DNA of 64,000 bases from Macrostomum lignano (lineage: Eukaryota). Shown piece by piece: positions 1 through 13,038 of this stretch. The translations under genes and the position numbers were made by a program. The notes beneath the pieces are model-generated. The model was not told where the DNA came from. It made no database searches and saw only the letters and a list, made by a program, of their open reading frames with translations. Within the stretch, counting starts at the first letter, position 1; each line of letters begins with the position of its first letter. Location: assembly GCA_002269645.1 (NCBI GenBank), contig NIVC01000735.1, positions 1 to 64,000 on the forward strand, written 5' to 3'.

Positions 1-606
1 CACTACAAGTAATATCAATGTGTTTATAAGGCTGCATCATCGCCGCGTGCAGCAGCAAGGGAGACAGAGGAAGGCCATCCCAAATATGGCCAGCCAGGGC
101 GTGAATGACGGGTCGCTGATTCACAGGCGCGGCGGGGCAGTTGATGAACCCTCAGAAGCCAGGTTAGGCGCTTCTTAAGGGTAGCAGTTAATTTCTATTT
201 GGAGTAAACGGCGGAGTAACCACAGCTGCATTCAAGTCGTCAAATGACTCGTCAGCTAGAAAGTTATTTTTAGGTGGACTGGGGCAGCCGAACAGCTGCA
301 GCAGATGTCATTTGCTTTCGCTTGCAAAACACGGGCAATGTTTGAATTGGTGAGGTGGCGTCAGATTGAAGGGAACAGCGGGCGTGACGGCTTGAATTTC
401 GATGCCTAAAAGTACACACCTTGAACTATATTTACCTTGTATGATTTCAAAAAGATTTGAAAGGAATATTTTACCCGACCTTGGTTGGGCGCGAATAAGC
501 AACATACAGAAAAAAGGAAGGACAAGAGATTGAAGAAATATTGACACAGGGAGACTGACACACTCGACAAACGAGTGCGAAGCACAGGTAGCCAGACACT
601 CGCACA

Positions 607-925
607 CCAGACACACAGATCCACACAGACAGGCACAGCAGACACACGGATCCACACAGACAGGCACAGCAGACACACGGATCCACACAAACAGGCACAG
701 CAGACACACGATCCACACAGACAGGCACAGCAGACACACGGATCCACACAGACAGGCACAGCAGACACACGGATCCACACAGACAGGCACAGCAGACACA
801 CGGATCCACACAGACAGGCACAGCAGACACACAGATCCACACAGACAGGCACAGCAGACACACAGATCCACACAGACAGGCACAGCAGACACACGGATCC
901 ACACAGACAGGCACAGCAGACACGC
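607..925. repeat. 32-bp minisatellite
   Basis: (ggatccacacagacaggcacagcagacacac-)n. Confidence 0.9.
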
Positions 926-964
926 ACAGGTGCACGGGCACAGCAAAGCAGCAGTCGGACGAAC

Positions 965-3900
965 CCGCATGGAGTCGCTGATCTCATCGCTGAGGTAGGC
1001 CTGCACCGACATGGCGGCCAGCAGCGGCAGCTCCAGCGTGTCGCCCCACGCAGCGCAAACAGAACTCCGCCGTCGTCATCTTCGTTGTCTGCCGCCGCGG
1101 AAACAGTCGAAGGCGGCCTGAGCGGCTTGAGGTTGTAGAGCTTCCGCCGGGAGCAGCTGGGCAGCAGGGACAGGCAGATCAGGTACAGCTGGGGGGGGGG
1201 GAGAGGGCGTTCGTGAGCCGGTCCGTGTCCACTGCAGCCATTTACAGATTGGTGGTTGCAACATTTAAAAGTCTAGATTTGTAATAATAATAATTGATTA
1301 CACCTGCCCCAATCGGGCCAGACCTGCAGCCGACAGCTCAGCCGCAGCTATTGCGCGGTGCATCTGAAGGCTGCGTACGGCTGTTCAGTCCATGGACTGG
1401 GAGGTCACCACACTCTCAATTACCCCAGCTAATGCTGGCACCCATTTTACAGCCGGGGTGAACTGAAGCAATGCAGAGTTAAGTATCCTGCTCAAGGACA
1501 CAGATTGTTTCAATGGGTTTCAGAATTGCCTGATTCTATAGAAGCGCTATTTCGAAGTCCTCGACCCATCGGCCTCACCTGCGCCCACGGCGAGGCAATC
1601 GGTACGGAGGCGGCGGCCGGGCAGCACTCGAGCGGCTCGCCGTCCGGCAACTCCAGAAAGGCGAGGCGGGCCGTTCTCGGCAGCCAAGGCGCCGGAATTC
1701 GGCCTCGCCGTAGCTCCAGCGGCAGCAGCCGACGCGGCGAATCTCAACGTCTTGCCGGCGGTAGAGGACAGCGGCGGCGGAGGTGGCGGCGGCGGAGGCG
1801 GCCGAATCGGCGTTGAGGTCGCGGAGGATTCGGCGGATTCGCTTCTCTCTGACGGCCTCCTCGCGGTCGGCGCCGACGCAGCTGAGGGATGCAGCAGCCG
1901 GCCGGAGCAGCCGTAGGCCAGCCGCGGCTTGGCGGGCTCGGCGGCCAGCGAAGCCACCAGGCGGGCGAGCGCGCGCGCGGTCACCGGCGATGAGCAGCGC
2001 GGCGGAGTCACCCAGCCTGGCGGCCAGGGTGAAGTGGCGGGCGAGGTCGAGGCCGCAGACCAGCTCGGGCCGGTAGTCTGGCACAATAAGCAGGCGGTCC
2101 CCGTAGCGGTCAACCCAGGTCACCTCGTGACGCAGGCCGGTGTCGCGGAAGAAGCTGAAGCCTTCGTAGCGCTCCGTGTCCCAGAAGTCCACGTCCAGGT
2201 GGAGGGTCTCCAGCAGGCACTGCCACTGCAGGAAGCTGCTGCGGGTGGTGCCGCGGCCCGTGACGAACAGCGCGTCGCCGGGCGGGTCGCGGACCACAAA
2301 GTAGGGCGCCACGCGCACCGTGTTGGAGCAGTACTCAACCAGCTTGCCGTGCTGTGAGGATGTAATTGACGCGAGTGGGAATATCCAATGCTCAGAATTA
2401 TGATTTATTTATAACCTGAAGGATAGTCCGACCTCTTTAACCACCTTTACGACCTCTTTAACTGTAATAGGGATGCAGACATCATTTCGTCAATCCCAAC
2501 ACTTGTAGACACAGGTGCAGACACCACATCCTCAATCCCAACACCTGTAGACACAGGTGCAGACACCACATCCTTAATCCCAACACTTGTAGACACAGGT
2601 GCAGACACCACATCCTCAATCCCAACACCTGTAGACACAGGTGCAGACACCACATCCTCAATCCCAACACCTGTAGACACAGGTGCAGACACCACATCCT
2701 CAATCCCAACACCTGTAGACACAGGTGCAGACACCACATCCTCAATCCCAACACCTGTAGACACAGGTGCAGACACCACATCCTCAATCCCAACACCTGT
2801 AGACACAGGTGCAGACACCACATCCTCAATCCCAACACCTGTAGACACAGGTGCAGACACCACATCCTCAATCCCAACACCTGTAGACACAGGTGCAGAC
2901 ACCATATCCTCAATCCCAACACCTGTAGACACGGGTGCAGACACCAAATCCTCAATCCCAACACCTGTAGACACAGGTGCAGACACCAAATCCTCAATCC
3001 CAACACCTGTAGACACAGGTGCAGACACCATATCCTTAATCCCAACACTGTAGACACAGGTGCAGACACCACATCCTCATAACCCATAAAAAACCCGCAC
3101 TCACCATGTACAGCTCCACCTGGCACAGCACGTGATCAAACAGCTCCGCCTTGTCCTCCAGCAGCATGGGGAAGCGAACTACCAGACTGGACTTGGCCGG
3201 CAGATTGCGGATGCCAACGTACACGGTGTCCTTGAGGTCTGGGTGGAACTTCAGCACGTAGCCGGGGTCGCCGAGGTCGCCACCGCTGCCGGTCGGTTCG
3301 GCGGCTGCCACCAGCATGCGCCGGTCCAGGCGGATGCGCAGCTCGACCTCGCAGGAGCAGGTGGTGGTGGCCACGGCGGCGTCTTCGGGTGCGACAAAAT
3401 TGAAGGCCGACTGGTTGGTCACCTGTTGCGGGATGGTGAAGAAGATGCCGATTAAAGGATTCAATTCAAACTAGAGATAAGAATGTAATGACGGCATAAT
3501 AAAAGAACTGAAAGCAATGCATCTATATAGGGAGCTCCCACACGGATAGAATGAGCTCACACACGGATAGAATGAGCTCACACACGGATAGAATGAGCTC
3601 ACACACGAGTAGAATGAGCTCACACACAGATAGAATGAGCTCACACACGGATAGAATGAGCTCACACACGGATAGAATGAGCTCACACACGGATAGAATG
3701 AGCTCACACACGGGTAGAATGAGATCACACACAGATAGAATGAGCTCACACACGGGTAGAATGAGCTCACACACGAGTAGAATGAGCTCACACACGGGTA
3801 GAATGAGCTCACACACGGATAGAATGAGCTCACACACGGATAGAATGAGCTCACACACGAGTAGAGTGAACCCAGCAGCAGCAGCAGCAGCTCACCTCAA

Positions 3901-6900
3901 TATTAACGCAGTACTGCTCGCCGCGGCCCATCTGCGGCGGCAGGTTGACGGCAGACAGAACCACCGGGTGCCGGATTCGAACTTTGCGAGTGCAGCCGAC
4001 CTGAGTGCGCATTGGGGCAATCGGGGCGTGACGAGGGGAGGCTGAGATGAGGCGGATAAGCAAAACTGAAAGTGGATTCTGTGAAGGCTGGGGAGCCCCT
4101 GGTGATCATAAACACACGATAACAGCGGAATAAATTCTGGGAAAATGTAGCAAGTATGGAGCCAACGAAACACTTAAAGAAAGGAAAAGGATTTTAGATC
4201 TCTTCTCTCCTAACTCTGCGATCGCAGGAGAGGTGTAGGGAATGCAGGGGAGAGGTGTAGGGAATGCAGGGGAGAGGTGTAGGGAATGCAGGGGAGAGGT
4301 GTAGGGAATGCAGGGGAGAGGTGTAGGGAATGCAGGGGAGAGGTGTAGGGAATGCAGGGAAGAGGTATAGGGAATGCAGGGGAGAGGTGTAGGGAATGCA
4401 GGGGAGAGGTGTAGGGAATGCAGGGAAGAGGTGTAGGGAATGCAGGGAGAGATGAAGGGAATGCAGGGGAGAGGTGTAGGGAATGCATGGAAGCAGTCGG
4501 CCTGGCCACTCACCCCCGTGAACTGCCTGCCAACCAGGCTGACTGTCGGCCGGATTTCCGCTTCGCCCTCGTAGCGCACCGGCTCGTTCGGAGTTGGCAC
4601 GTCAGACAGGCGGCCGTGGAACAGGGCCGTCACTGTGTACTGCTCGTTCGGCTCCAGCTGCGGGTGCGACAGAGGGATGGGCTGCGGCTTTTGAAAATAC
4701 CTTAGATGGACGACTTAGGTCAGGTCAGGCTGGGTGTCAGTAGGTTTAGGTCACGTCAGACTTGTTGACAGAAGGTTTAGGTCAGGTCAGACTGGGTGTC
4801 CGGAGAATTAGGTCAGGCCAGGCTGGGTGTCAGAAGGTTTAGCTCAGGCCAGGCTGGGTGTCAGAAGGTTTAGGTCAGGCCAGGCTGGGTGTCAGAAGGT
4901 TTAGGTCAGGCCAGGCTGGGTGTCAGAAGGTTTAGGTCAGGCCAGGCTGGATGTCAGAAGGTTTAGGTCAGGCCAGGCTGGGTGTCAGAAGGTTTAGGTC
5001 AGGCCAGGCTGGGTGACTGAAAGTTTAGGTCAGGCCAGGCTGGGTGACTGAAAGTTTAGGTCAGGCCAGGCTGGGTGACTGAAAGTTTAGGTCAGGCCAG
5101 ACTGGGTGTCAGAAGGTTTAGGTCAGGCCAGGCTGGGTGTCAGAAGGTTTAGGTCAGGCCAGGCTGGGTGTCAGAAGGTTTAGGTCAGGCCAGGCTGGGT
5201 GACTGAAAGTTTAGGTCAGGCCAGGCTGGGTGACTGAAAGTTTAGGTCAGGCCAGGCTAGGTGACTGAAAGTTTAGGTCAGGTCAGGCTGGGTGTCAGAA
5301 GGTTTAGGTCAGAATGCCTGAAGTGTCAGAATACTGGGGTCAGGACAGACTGGCACAGAATGCTGTGATCAGAGCCCAGTGATGAATATTGAATGAAGTC
5401 ATGAGCTCTAGACGCTTCTGGATAAAAAGACATCTATGATAAGTTGAGGGTTATTTAGAAGCGAATTCATTAATTGCAGCCGCGCCCCGACCTGCACCAT
5501 TAGAGTGCAGCAGCAACAAGCGCCACCCCACTGCCTGATCCAAAGCAGGCGCAGAAGCTCTGTGGCACACAGGAGGACCGAAGACCCACCAAGCAGAGCT
5601 GCAAGACGGCCAGACTGCAACCCGCAGGCCAAGCGACAACTGCGTACTGGGAAAGCACAAGCCGGGGGCTGCTGCCAATCAGCGAGGGTACCGAAACTGC
5701 ATCTGCGCAGAGAGACAGCCCAGCCGGTGAGAGTGCATGCCCAGGTAATTTCATAGATAATTAGACAGGAAAAATCATTTAGAAGATTAAAATGCCAGGG
5801 CAATTAACTGGGGGGGGGCAGAGCAGAGCTAATTTTGATGCCCAGCCGCAGAGAGTGTTCATGCGTACAGTATTCTGCAGGAGCCAGCGGAATGTGCAAA
5901 CTGCCTCAGCGCCGGATGCCCACAGAACCCTCCTACCCTCCTACAAGTACACGAGCCGAGGTCAGCCGCTCACCTTCGGCAAGGTGAAGGTCTCCGACTT
6001 GCGCATCGCCAGGCTGTCGGTGGAGGCGAAGCTCAGAACGGCGCCGCAGGGCAGCGCCATGCCGCCGCGGTTGCGCAGGCGGACGTTGGTGACCACCACC
6101 TGGGCGCTGGGGAAAAAGAACTCCGGGTCCTGCGACAGCGAGGCCACTTCGTACTGCTCAACAACAACGTCGTAACGACGCTGGGTGCGGCAGGTGACCT
6201 CGCCTGTGGACGGGTCGATCACGGACCAGATAACGTAGCCCGGCTTGCCCGGCTGCCCGCCCGGGCCCGCCAGTCCGGCCACGCCCGCCTTGCCCTGCTG
6301 GCGCGCACCCCGGCAGAGCCGGGACAGCCGTGCCGCAGGCGGCCGCCGCCCGCCAAGTTCGCGTCCGAGTCGGTCCGGCCAACTCCGCCCAGGCCCGGCA
6401 CGCCGCCACCGCCACCTCCGCCGCCGAAGCCGGGCCGGCCGCCGACGCCAGCGGCGCCGCCTGAGCCGGGTGGGCCGAGGTCGCCACCGCTGCCGGAGTC
6501 ACCGCCGCGCAGGTCGGCCTCGACCAGCACAAGCAGGCAGGGATTGTCGGCGGTGATCAGCAGGCGGCCGCCGCTGCCGCCGTTGCCGCCACGGCCGCCG
6601 CAGCCGCCGTTGCCGCCCTGTAATCAATAACAAAGGATTCGATGCGACTCCAGCGGCACTCAAATTTACGATATCAACTGACACCCCAAAATCGGCATTA
6701 AAAGTTCAGCATTAAAATTAAAGATGTTTTTCTTGAATTCTGTTGAAAGCTCTTTGGGTCAGGGCTCAGAATTGGCTTACAGAGATCTTATTTTATTTAA
6801 CTGGATGCATGGAAGAGGCTGCAGGTGCCTCAATAAATAATTAAACGATCACTGCAGGAGGGCTGCGGGCCTACAGGTGTCTCAAGAATGAATGAAGCTC

Positions 6901-9900
6901 CACATGCTCGATGCCTACAGGTGTCTCAAGAATGAATGAAGCTCCACATGCTCGATGCCTACAGGTGTCTCAAGAATGAATGAAGCTCCACATACTCGAT
7001 GCCTACAGGTGTCTCAAGAATGAATGAAGCTCCACATACTCGATGCCTACAGGTGTCTCAAGAATGAATGAAGCTCCACATACTCGATGCCTACAGGTGT
7101 CTCAAGAATGAATGAAGCTCCACATACTCGATGCCTACAGGTGTCTCAAGAATGAATGAAGCTCCACATACTCGATGCCTACAGGTGTCTCAAGAATGAA
7201 TGAAGCTCCACATACTCGATGCCTACAGGTGTCTCAAGAATGAATGAAGCTCCACATGCTCGATGCCTACAGGTGTCTCAAGAATGAATGAAGCTCCACA
7301 TGCTCGATGCCTACAGGTGTCTCAAGAATGAATGAAGCTCCACATGCTCGATGCCTACAGGTGTCTCAAGAATGAATGAAGCTCCACATACTCGATGCCT
7401 ACAGGTGTCTCAAGAATGAATGAAGCTCCACATACTCGATGCCTACAGGTGTCTCAAGAATGAATGAAGCTCCACATGCTCGATGCCTACAGGTGTCTCA
7501 AGAATGAATGAAGCTCCACATACTCGATGCCTACAGGTGTCTCAAGAATGAATGAAGCTCCACATACTCGATGCCTACAGGTGTCTCAAGAATGAATGAA
7601 GCTCCACATACTCGATGCCTACAGGTGTCTCAAGAATGAATGAAGCTCCACATACTCGATGCCTACAGGTGTCTCAAGAATGAATGAAGCTCCACATACT
7701 CGATGCCTACAGGTGTCTCAAGAATGAATGAAGCTCCACATACTCGATGCCTACAGGTGTCTCAAGAATGAATGAAGCTCCACATACTCGATGCCTACAG
7801 GTGTCTCAAGAATGAAGCCGCCACACAAAACTGAAGTTAAAGTTGGAGCACAGCTGAATTTGCGCCTCGCTCGCAAGTGCTGGAAAACGAAAGAATTGAT
7901 AAGAAATACACAGCAGGATGCTCAAAAAGTGCTCAACTTGTTCAATTTTCATTCGTTTATTTTTCGCACACCCAGACATACTCAGACAGAAAGTCAACGA
8001 ACTTTAACTGACTAGCGCAGGTGGCAGCCAAAGCACAAGCATACATTATAGTTAATATAGTCACTAAACAGAAGAGAAACGGTCGATAGCGGTGGTCCCG
8101 GGCTCGAATTCTGATGTCTGACAAAACCGGCAAAGCGACACAAGAAGCCAGCTTGGGAGATTAGCAGATATCAAAGTCTATTTGCTAGAAAAAAGTACAT
8201 TGTGTAAAGCAGCGCAGGAGCGTCAGAGAAAGAGGGCGGTTTCAATTAATTATTAATTAGCTAATTAGCGCACAATTATTTCGCCGTGAGAAAAATAAAC
8301 ACCAGCGCCACGCGATAGCAAAGCCGCTGTTAATATTGCATATATGGGTTTATTAGTAAGTGATTAGTAATAATAATATAATAGAGTGAAGCGCAGGCTG
8401 TAAACTGTTGGGTATAAATATGCCAGGTCTGCCGCCATCCTTGGTTTATTATTGTACTGGGCTGGGCATTCAGATCGCCAACAGGCGCAGACAGGAACTG
8501 GTCGGCTTTGCTCTCCCTGTTCTTAGTAGCGGGCCAGTGAGAGCTTTGACTGCAAGCGCTCATAATAGACTGATCATAGCAGCACTGGAGTCAGGTAGTT
8601 CAGCGAGGTCGGGTCAGGATGATCCAGGTCAGGTCAGGTCGAGCCGGGTCAGGTCCGAAGGTCAGGCCAGGTCAGTAGACCTGCGTGAACTCCGCTGCTG
8701 CTGGGTGTTGGCCGACAGATGGCGCCCGCGGGAGAAGCCGCCACCTCCGCCGCCGCCACTGCCGCCGACAGTCAGCGGCTTCGGCGACACGGGCGTGGAG
8801 GCCCGCAGCGTGGCGTTCCGGTTGGCGCTGAGGCTGCGAGCACCAGCCTCGGGCGGCCGCACCGCCAGCCGGCTGACACGGCCGACCGTCCCTCGCTGCT
8901 CGGTGAGGCTGTACTGCTGCTGCTGCTGCTGCACCTGAGTGGCGATCACCCTGCTGCCGCTTCCGAGGTCGTGGATGCCACGGCCAATCGGCTGCAGCGT
9001 GGTGGTCTCGACCTCCTCCGTCACCTGCGGCGGCTCGTGCGTCATGGTGCGCTGGCTGTAGCGGAACTCGAACGGCGGCTCGGAGCTGAAGCGACGGTTC
9101 AGCTCTGCCGAGTCCTGGTGCTCGCTGGCGATGTACAGGTGCTGCTGATTCTGCGGCCGGCCGCCGTGGTGCTGATGGTGCTGGTGGTGATGCGACTGGC
9201 GCGTCTGCTGCTGCTGCTGAACTGAAGTCTGGCGCCGGATCGACTCCATGGCGTCGTTAAGCGACCGCTCGAGGTGCTCCAGGCGGGCGTCGAACCCGGG
9301 GTTGCTGTGCTGGCGGCCTCGGAACTGCTGGTGCTGGCGGTGGTAGGAGTGGTGCTGCTGGTGCACCGGCTGGTCGCGGTGGCTACGCTGACGCCGGAAG
9401 CCGGCGCCGTAGTCCAGCTGCTGGCTGTACGACCGGGGCATCGGTGCCGGGCCGGAGTTCCAGTCGTCGTAGCGGTTGACCTGCACCCGGGAGTATGGCA
9501 GCTGATGGTGCTGGTGCTGGTGCTGGTGCTGGTGCTGGTGTTGGCTCTGGGAGGTAAGCCGCCGCTCCAGCAGAAGAATGCCATCGTCGAGGCCGCCAGT
9601 GGCGCTGCTGACGAAGCCGCTTGAAGTGGCTGCCGCGGCGCCGGAGGCGGGCGGGCCGGCAGCTGCCGTCTGTACAGTGTGCATCGTGCGGTGGTGGCTG
9701 CGGGTGGCCACAGGCGGCTGGCTGCTGCTGCTCCGGCTGACGTATCGGCGCACGGAGGCCACCTGGCACTGCTCCCGCTGGTCCATGGGGCCGTGCAGGC
9801 GGCTGGCGCTGTCCAGGTAGTACAGCCGGTCGCTGCGGTACCTGAATGTTACCTGGGCATGACTGGTCCAGGTAGCCGGGCCTCGCTCCACAGTCAGCAG

Positions 9901-12900
9901 GCTGGCGAACCGCTCACTCTGCTGCTGGTGCTGATGCTGCTGCTGAAGCTGCTGCTGCAGTTGCTGCTGCTGCTGAAGAAGAAGCTGCTGCCGTTGAAGC
10001 AGAAGACGCCGCTCGAGCATCTCGGCCGAGTCGGTGGAGACGCCGCTGCTGACGCCAGACGCGGCTGACAGAGCATCATCGTCGACGCTGCCGGAGTCGC
10101 CGGTGCCGCCGGTGCTGGTGCCGGAGGCGGCGTCGGAGCCAACGCTGTGCAGCAGCAGGTGCTGCTGGTTGCCGCCCAGCTGCTCCGTCAGCACGGCGTT
10201 CTTCTCCACTGAGCGCAGGCCGGAGCCCTCGGCCGCCGACAACGTGGTGGTGACGGTGCCGCCGAATGAAGCGATGTTGCTGTCCGTCTTGTCGTGCTGG
10301 TGATGCGGATGCACCAGGTGGTGCTGCAGCTTAGTAGTCATTGTTATTCCCTAACGGTTTTTTTACCTGCGAGCCCTCCGCGCCGAGCAGGGCAGACACA
10401 GAGCGAGGCTGGGCAAGCTTGGCGCGGGGCCGGCCTGAACTGCCCCCGAAAATAAATGGCCGCCAGCGTCGGAGAGACGCTGAAGAGAGGGGGGGGGTTG
10501 GCTGGCGGAGTGCACGACCCCCCCCTCCAGCGCGCCAATAACCGAGACGACGAGAGGCCCGGGCTGGAGAGCGAATGCGGCACCCTCTGCAGGCCTCCGT
10601 GCGCTGGCGAACGCCAAGACTGGAACTTCGAAGCTGCAATATCGAGCGACAGTCCGGGGGAGGGGAGGAAGGAGGGAGCGGGGGAGAGACAGGCGCAAGG
10701 CGCAGGGAGGAGGCATTCCATTTTAGCTCGTAAAAGCTTGAAGCGAGCACCGTCCCGGGGCAGCGCGCAGTATAGGGTTCGACGGTAGGCTCGAGTGCCG
10801 GTGGGGGGGGGACAATGGCGAAAACACGGGCGCGGGCGGGATATGCGGGGGGAGCGGCTTGCACTGCACAGGCAGAGGCTGGGAGAAGTTGCTATCGTTT
10901 AAGCTTAACCCAAGACCCGCAAGCCGATGCTGCCTGGGGGGGGGGGTATAACTGAGGCACAGGGTTCGGGTTTCTCGCCCGCTGCATGGGCCGTCAGTGG
11001 TGGGCATCGCAGCCAGAAGACGCCTGACAACTGGCCTCTCCTTATCCGCATCCCAGCTGTGCTGCTGCATAACTTGACACGGAAGATTTCCGCAGCAGAA
11101 GTTGGAGGGAGGGGGGCGATATGAAAAAAGCCAACCAGTTCCCCTTGTAGTGACAGAATTGAAGCTCGTGCACCTACTCATGGGAGGCCCTAGCAGAGCT
11201 GAACTTCAATGCAACGTGCGCCAGCCACCGTGGCGGCGAAACTGGCATCAAGCCAGGAGACGATGCTGACCAGGCTTCAAATTTATTTCGATTGAAGTAA
11301 TTTTAGTACAGCATGCCTAAAGCAGACTACTCACAAGTAGCCAAGTAGGCATTGTAGGCAAATCTGCTGCTGTAAGTAATGTGGCAAGCAGATGTGTCGA
11401 TTGGAAAGGAAGTCGCTGAACTGCCGCTCAATTTGCTATCAAACAGGCAACACATGACTGCCGGCCATCAAAGGGTCGGCCGCGCCTTCACTCCCGGCTG
11501 GCGGGCTAATTCAATGCAAACAGTAATCTCTCTGCTTGACTCGGAAAGTCGTCCGTCATCGGGTCGGGTGGCCGCGGAGTGGGTGGCAGAGCGGGAGTGA
11601 CTCAGCTGCCGCATCATGCAGCCACGCAGTTCACGAATAATAAAGCAAACAGTCGGCAGGGGCATTCGGCAGGCCGCTGACAGCTCCCCTGCTGCTGGAA
11701 TGTCGGCCTGATCAGGCCCGCCAGCCCGCACTCTGCTGCCAGTGACGCCGCTTCTGGCTTCTTCTTTCGGCTAAAATTGAGTGTCTCGCTCAGTGCAATG
11801 ACCCCCTACTTGGGTACATTCCAGTGCTTGCTTGCTTTCCTCCTCATTTAACTCCTCTGCATCTTCTTCCCGGCAAAGCGGTCCAGCATCTTCACTCACC
11901 GTTCCGCCGTTGCCGCCGCAGCCGCCGTCTCCGCCGCGGTCGCCCTCGCCGGAGCGGCTCTCCTCGCCTCGGCCGCCGGGTCCGCCGCCGCCGCCTCGTC
12001 CACCGTGGCCGCCGCAACCGCCGGCACCGCCCCGGCCGCCGCGGCCGCCGTGCAAGTCGGCGAAGATGATGGCGTCGCGGCCCATGTCCACGCAGTCCTC
12101 CTCCAGGCCGCCGCCGGACACGCGAAGCGAGGCGGGGTTGCCCGACAGCAGCAGGTGGAAGGAGTGCCCGTCCTCTCCCGCCTCGCCGTCCTCGCCGTTC
12201 AGGCCGCGGCCGCCGTCGCCGCCGCGACCGCCGTCTTCGCCGCGACCACCGGCTGCAGAGTTTGGATGAGTGGAATGAGACAGCGGGCCTGAATGCTCTA
12301 AAATGCTCCATCAGCCACTTGGAACTCCAACTGGCATGGGGTAGCAGCCTCCGAGCAACTGGGATTCCAGTCTATTGACCCGCGTGCACAGCAGGCAGCT
12401 CACATTGCAGGAGCAGCTGCCGACCAAATTTTTGAATTATTTAACAGCACAGCAATATTCGCCAAATATTCCAGGAATTGCCTTGGATAAACTCGGGTTC
12501 CGGGATGTGAGAGAACAGATGGGGGATGAAGGCAGGGGGGAATACGAGGGTAAATAAGGCTGCTGGAATTCTCCCAGACCAGATTCTCGATACTTCTGCG
12601 GTAGCATTCTGAACTTGGCTTCTAGGAAAGCAGATTAAACCCCTCGCATCTCACTTTGAGCAGTTTGAATGCGCGGGATGCGAGCTAGGATGAAGTGTAA
12701 ATGAGAGCCCGGCCTGCTTAACTTGAGAAGGGCTTATTAAAGATTGTGTAGCAGAGAAGAGAAACGGCTTCATTCCCGGCGCGCACAATGGCATTTTGAG
12801 CGCTGCTAAGAAGCCACCCACGCGCGCGAGATTAAATAAGCGGGCGCGGCAACAACAAAGGCACCGGAGGGGATTTTGGCGGCCTGAGCCAAACACGGCC

Positions 12901-12992
12901 AGCAGGGCTGCACAGCCGCAAATTGGCCTCATGGGCCAGTTTTGGGGATTCATGGGGCAAATCAGCGGGCAGCGGATTCATTTCTTTCTGTC

Positions 12993-13038
<46 letters not shown>

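Noticed and set aside
2447-3126. In-frame 14-aa repeat ORF (VVSAPVSTGVGIED)n on the sense strand of an intron
   Set aside because: The flanking exons join in phase without it and the ORF ends in a stop; there is no support for coding use.
6870-7816. Regular 44-bp repeats (also the 61-bp and 55-bp arrays) as a CRISPR array
   Set aside because: Head-to-tail units with no unique spacers, no cas genes, and a eukaryotic intron context.
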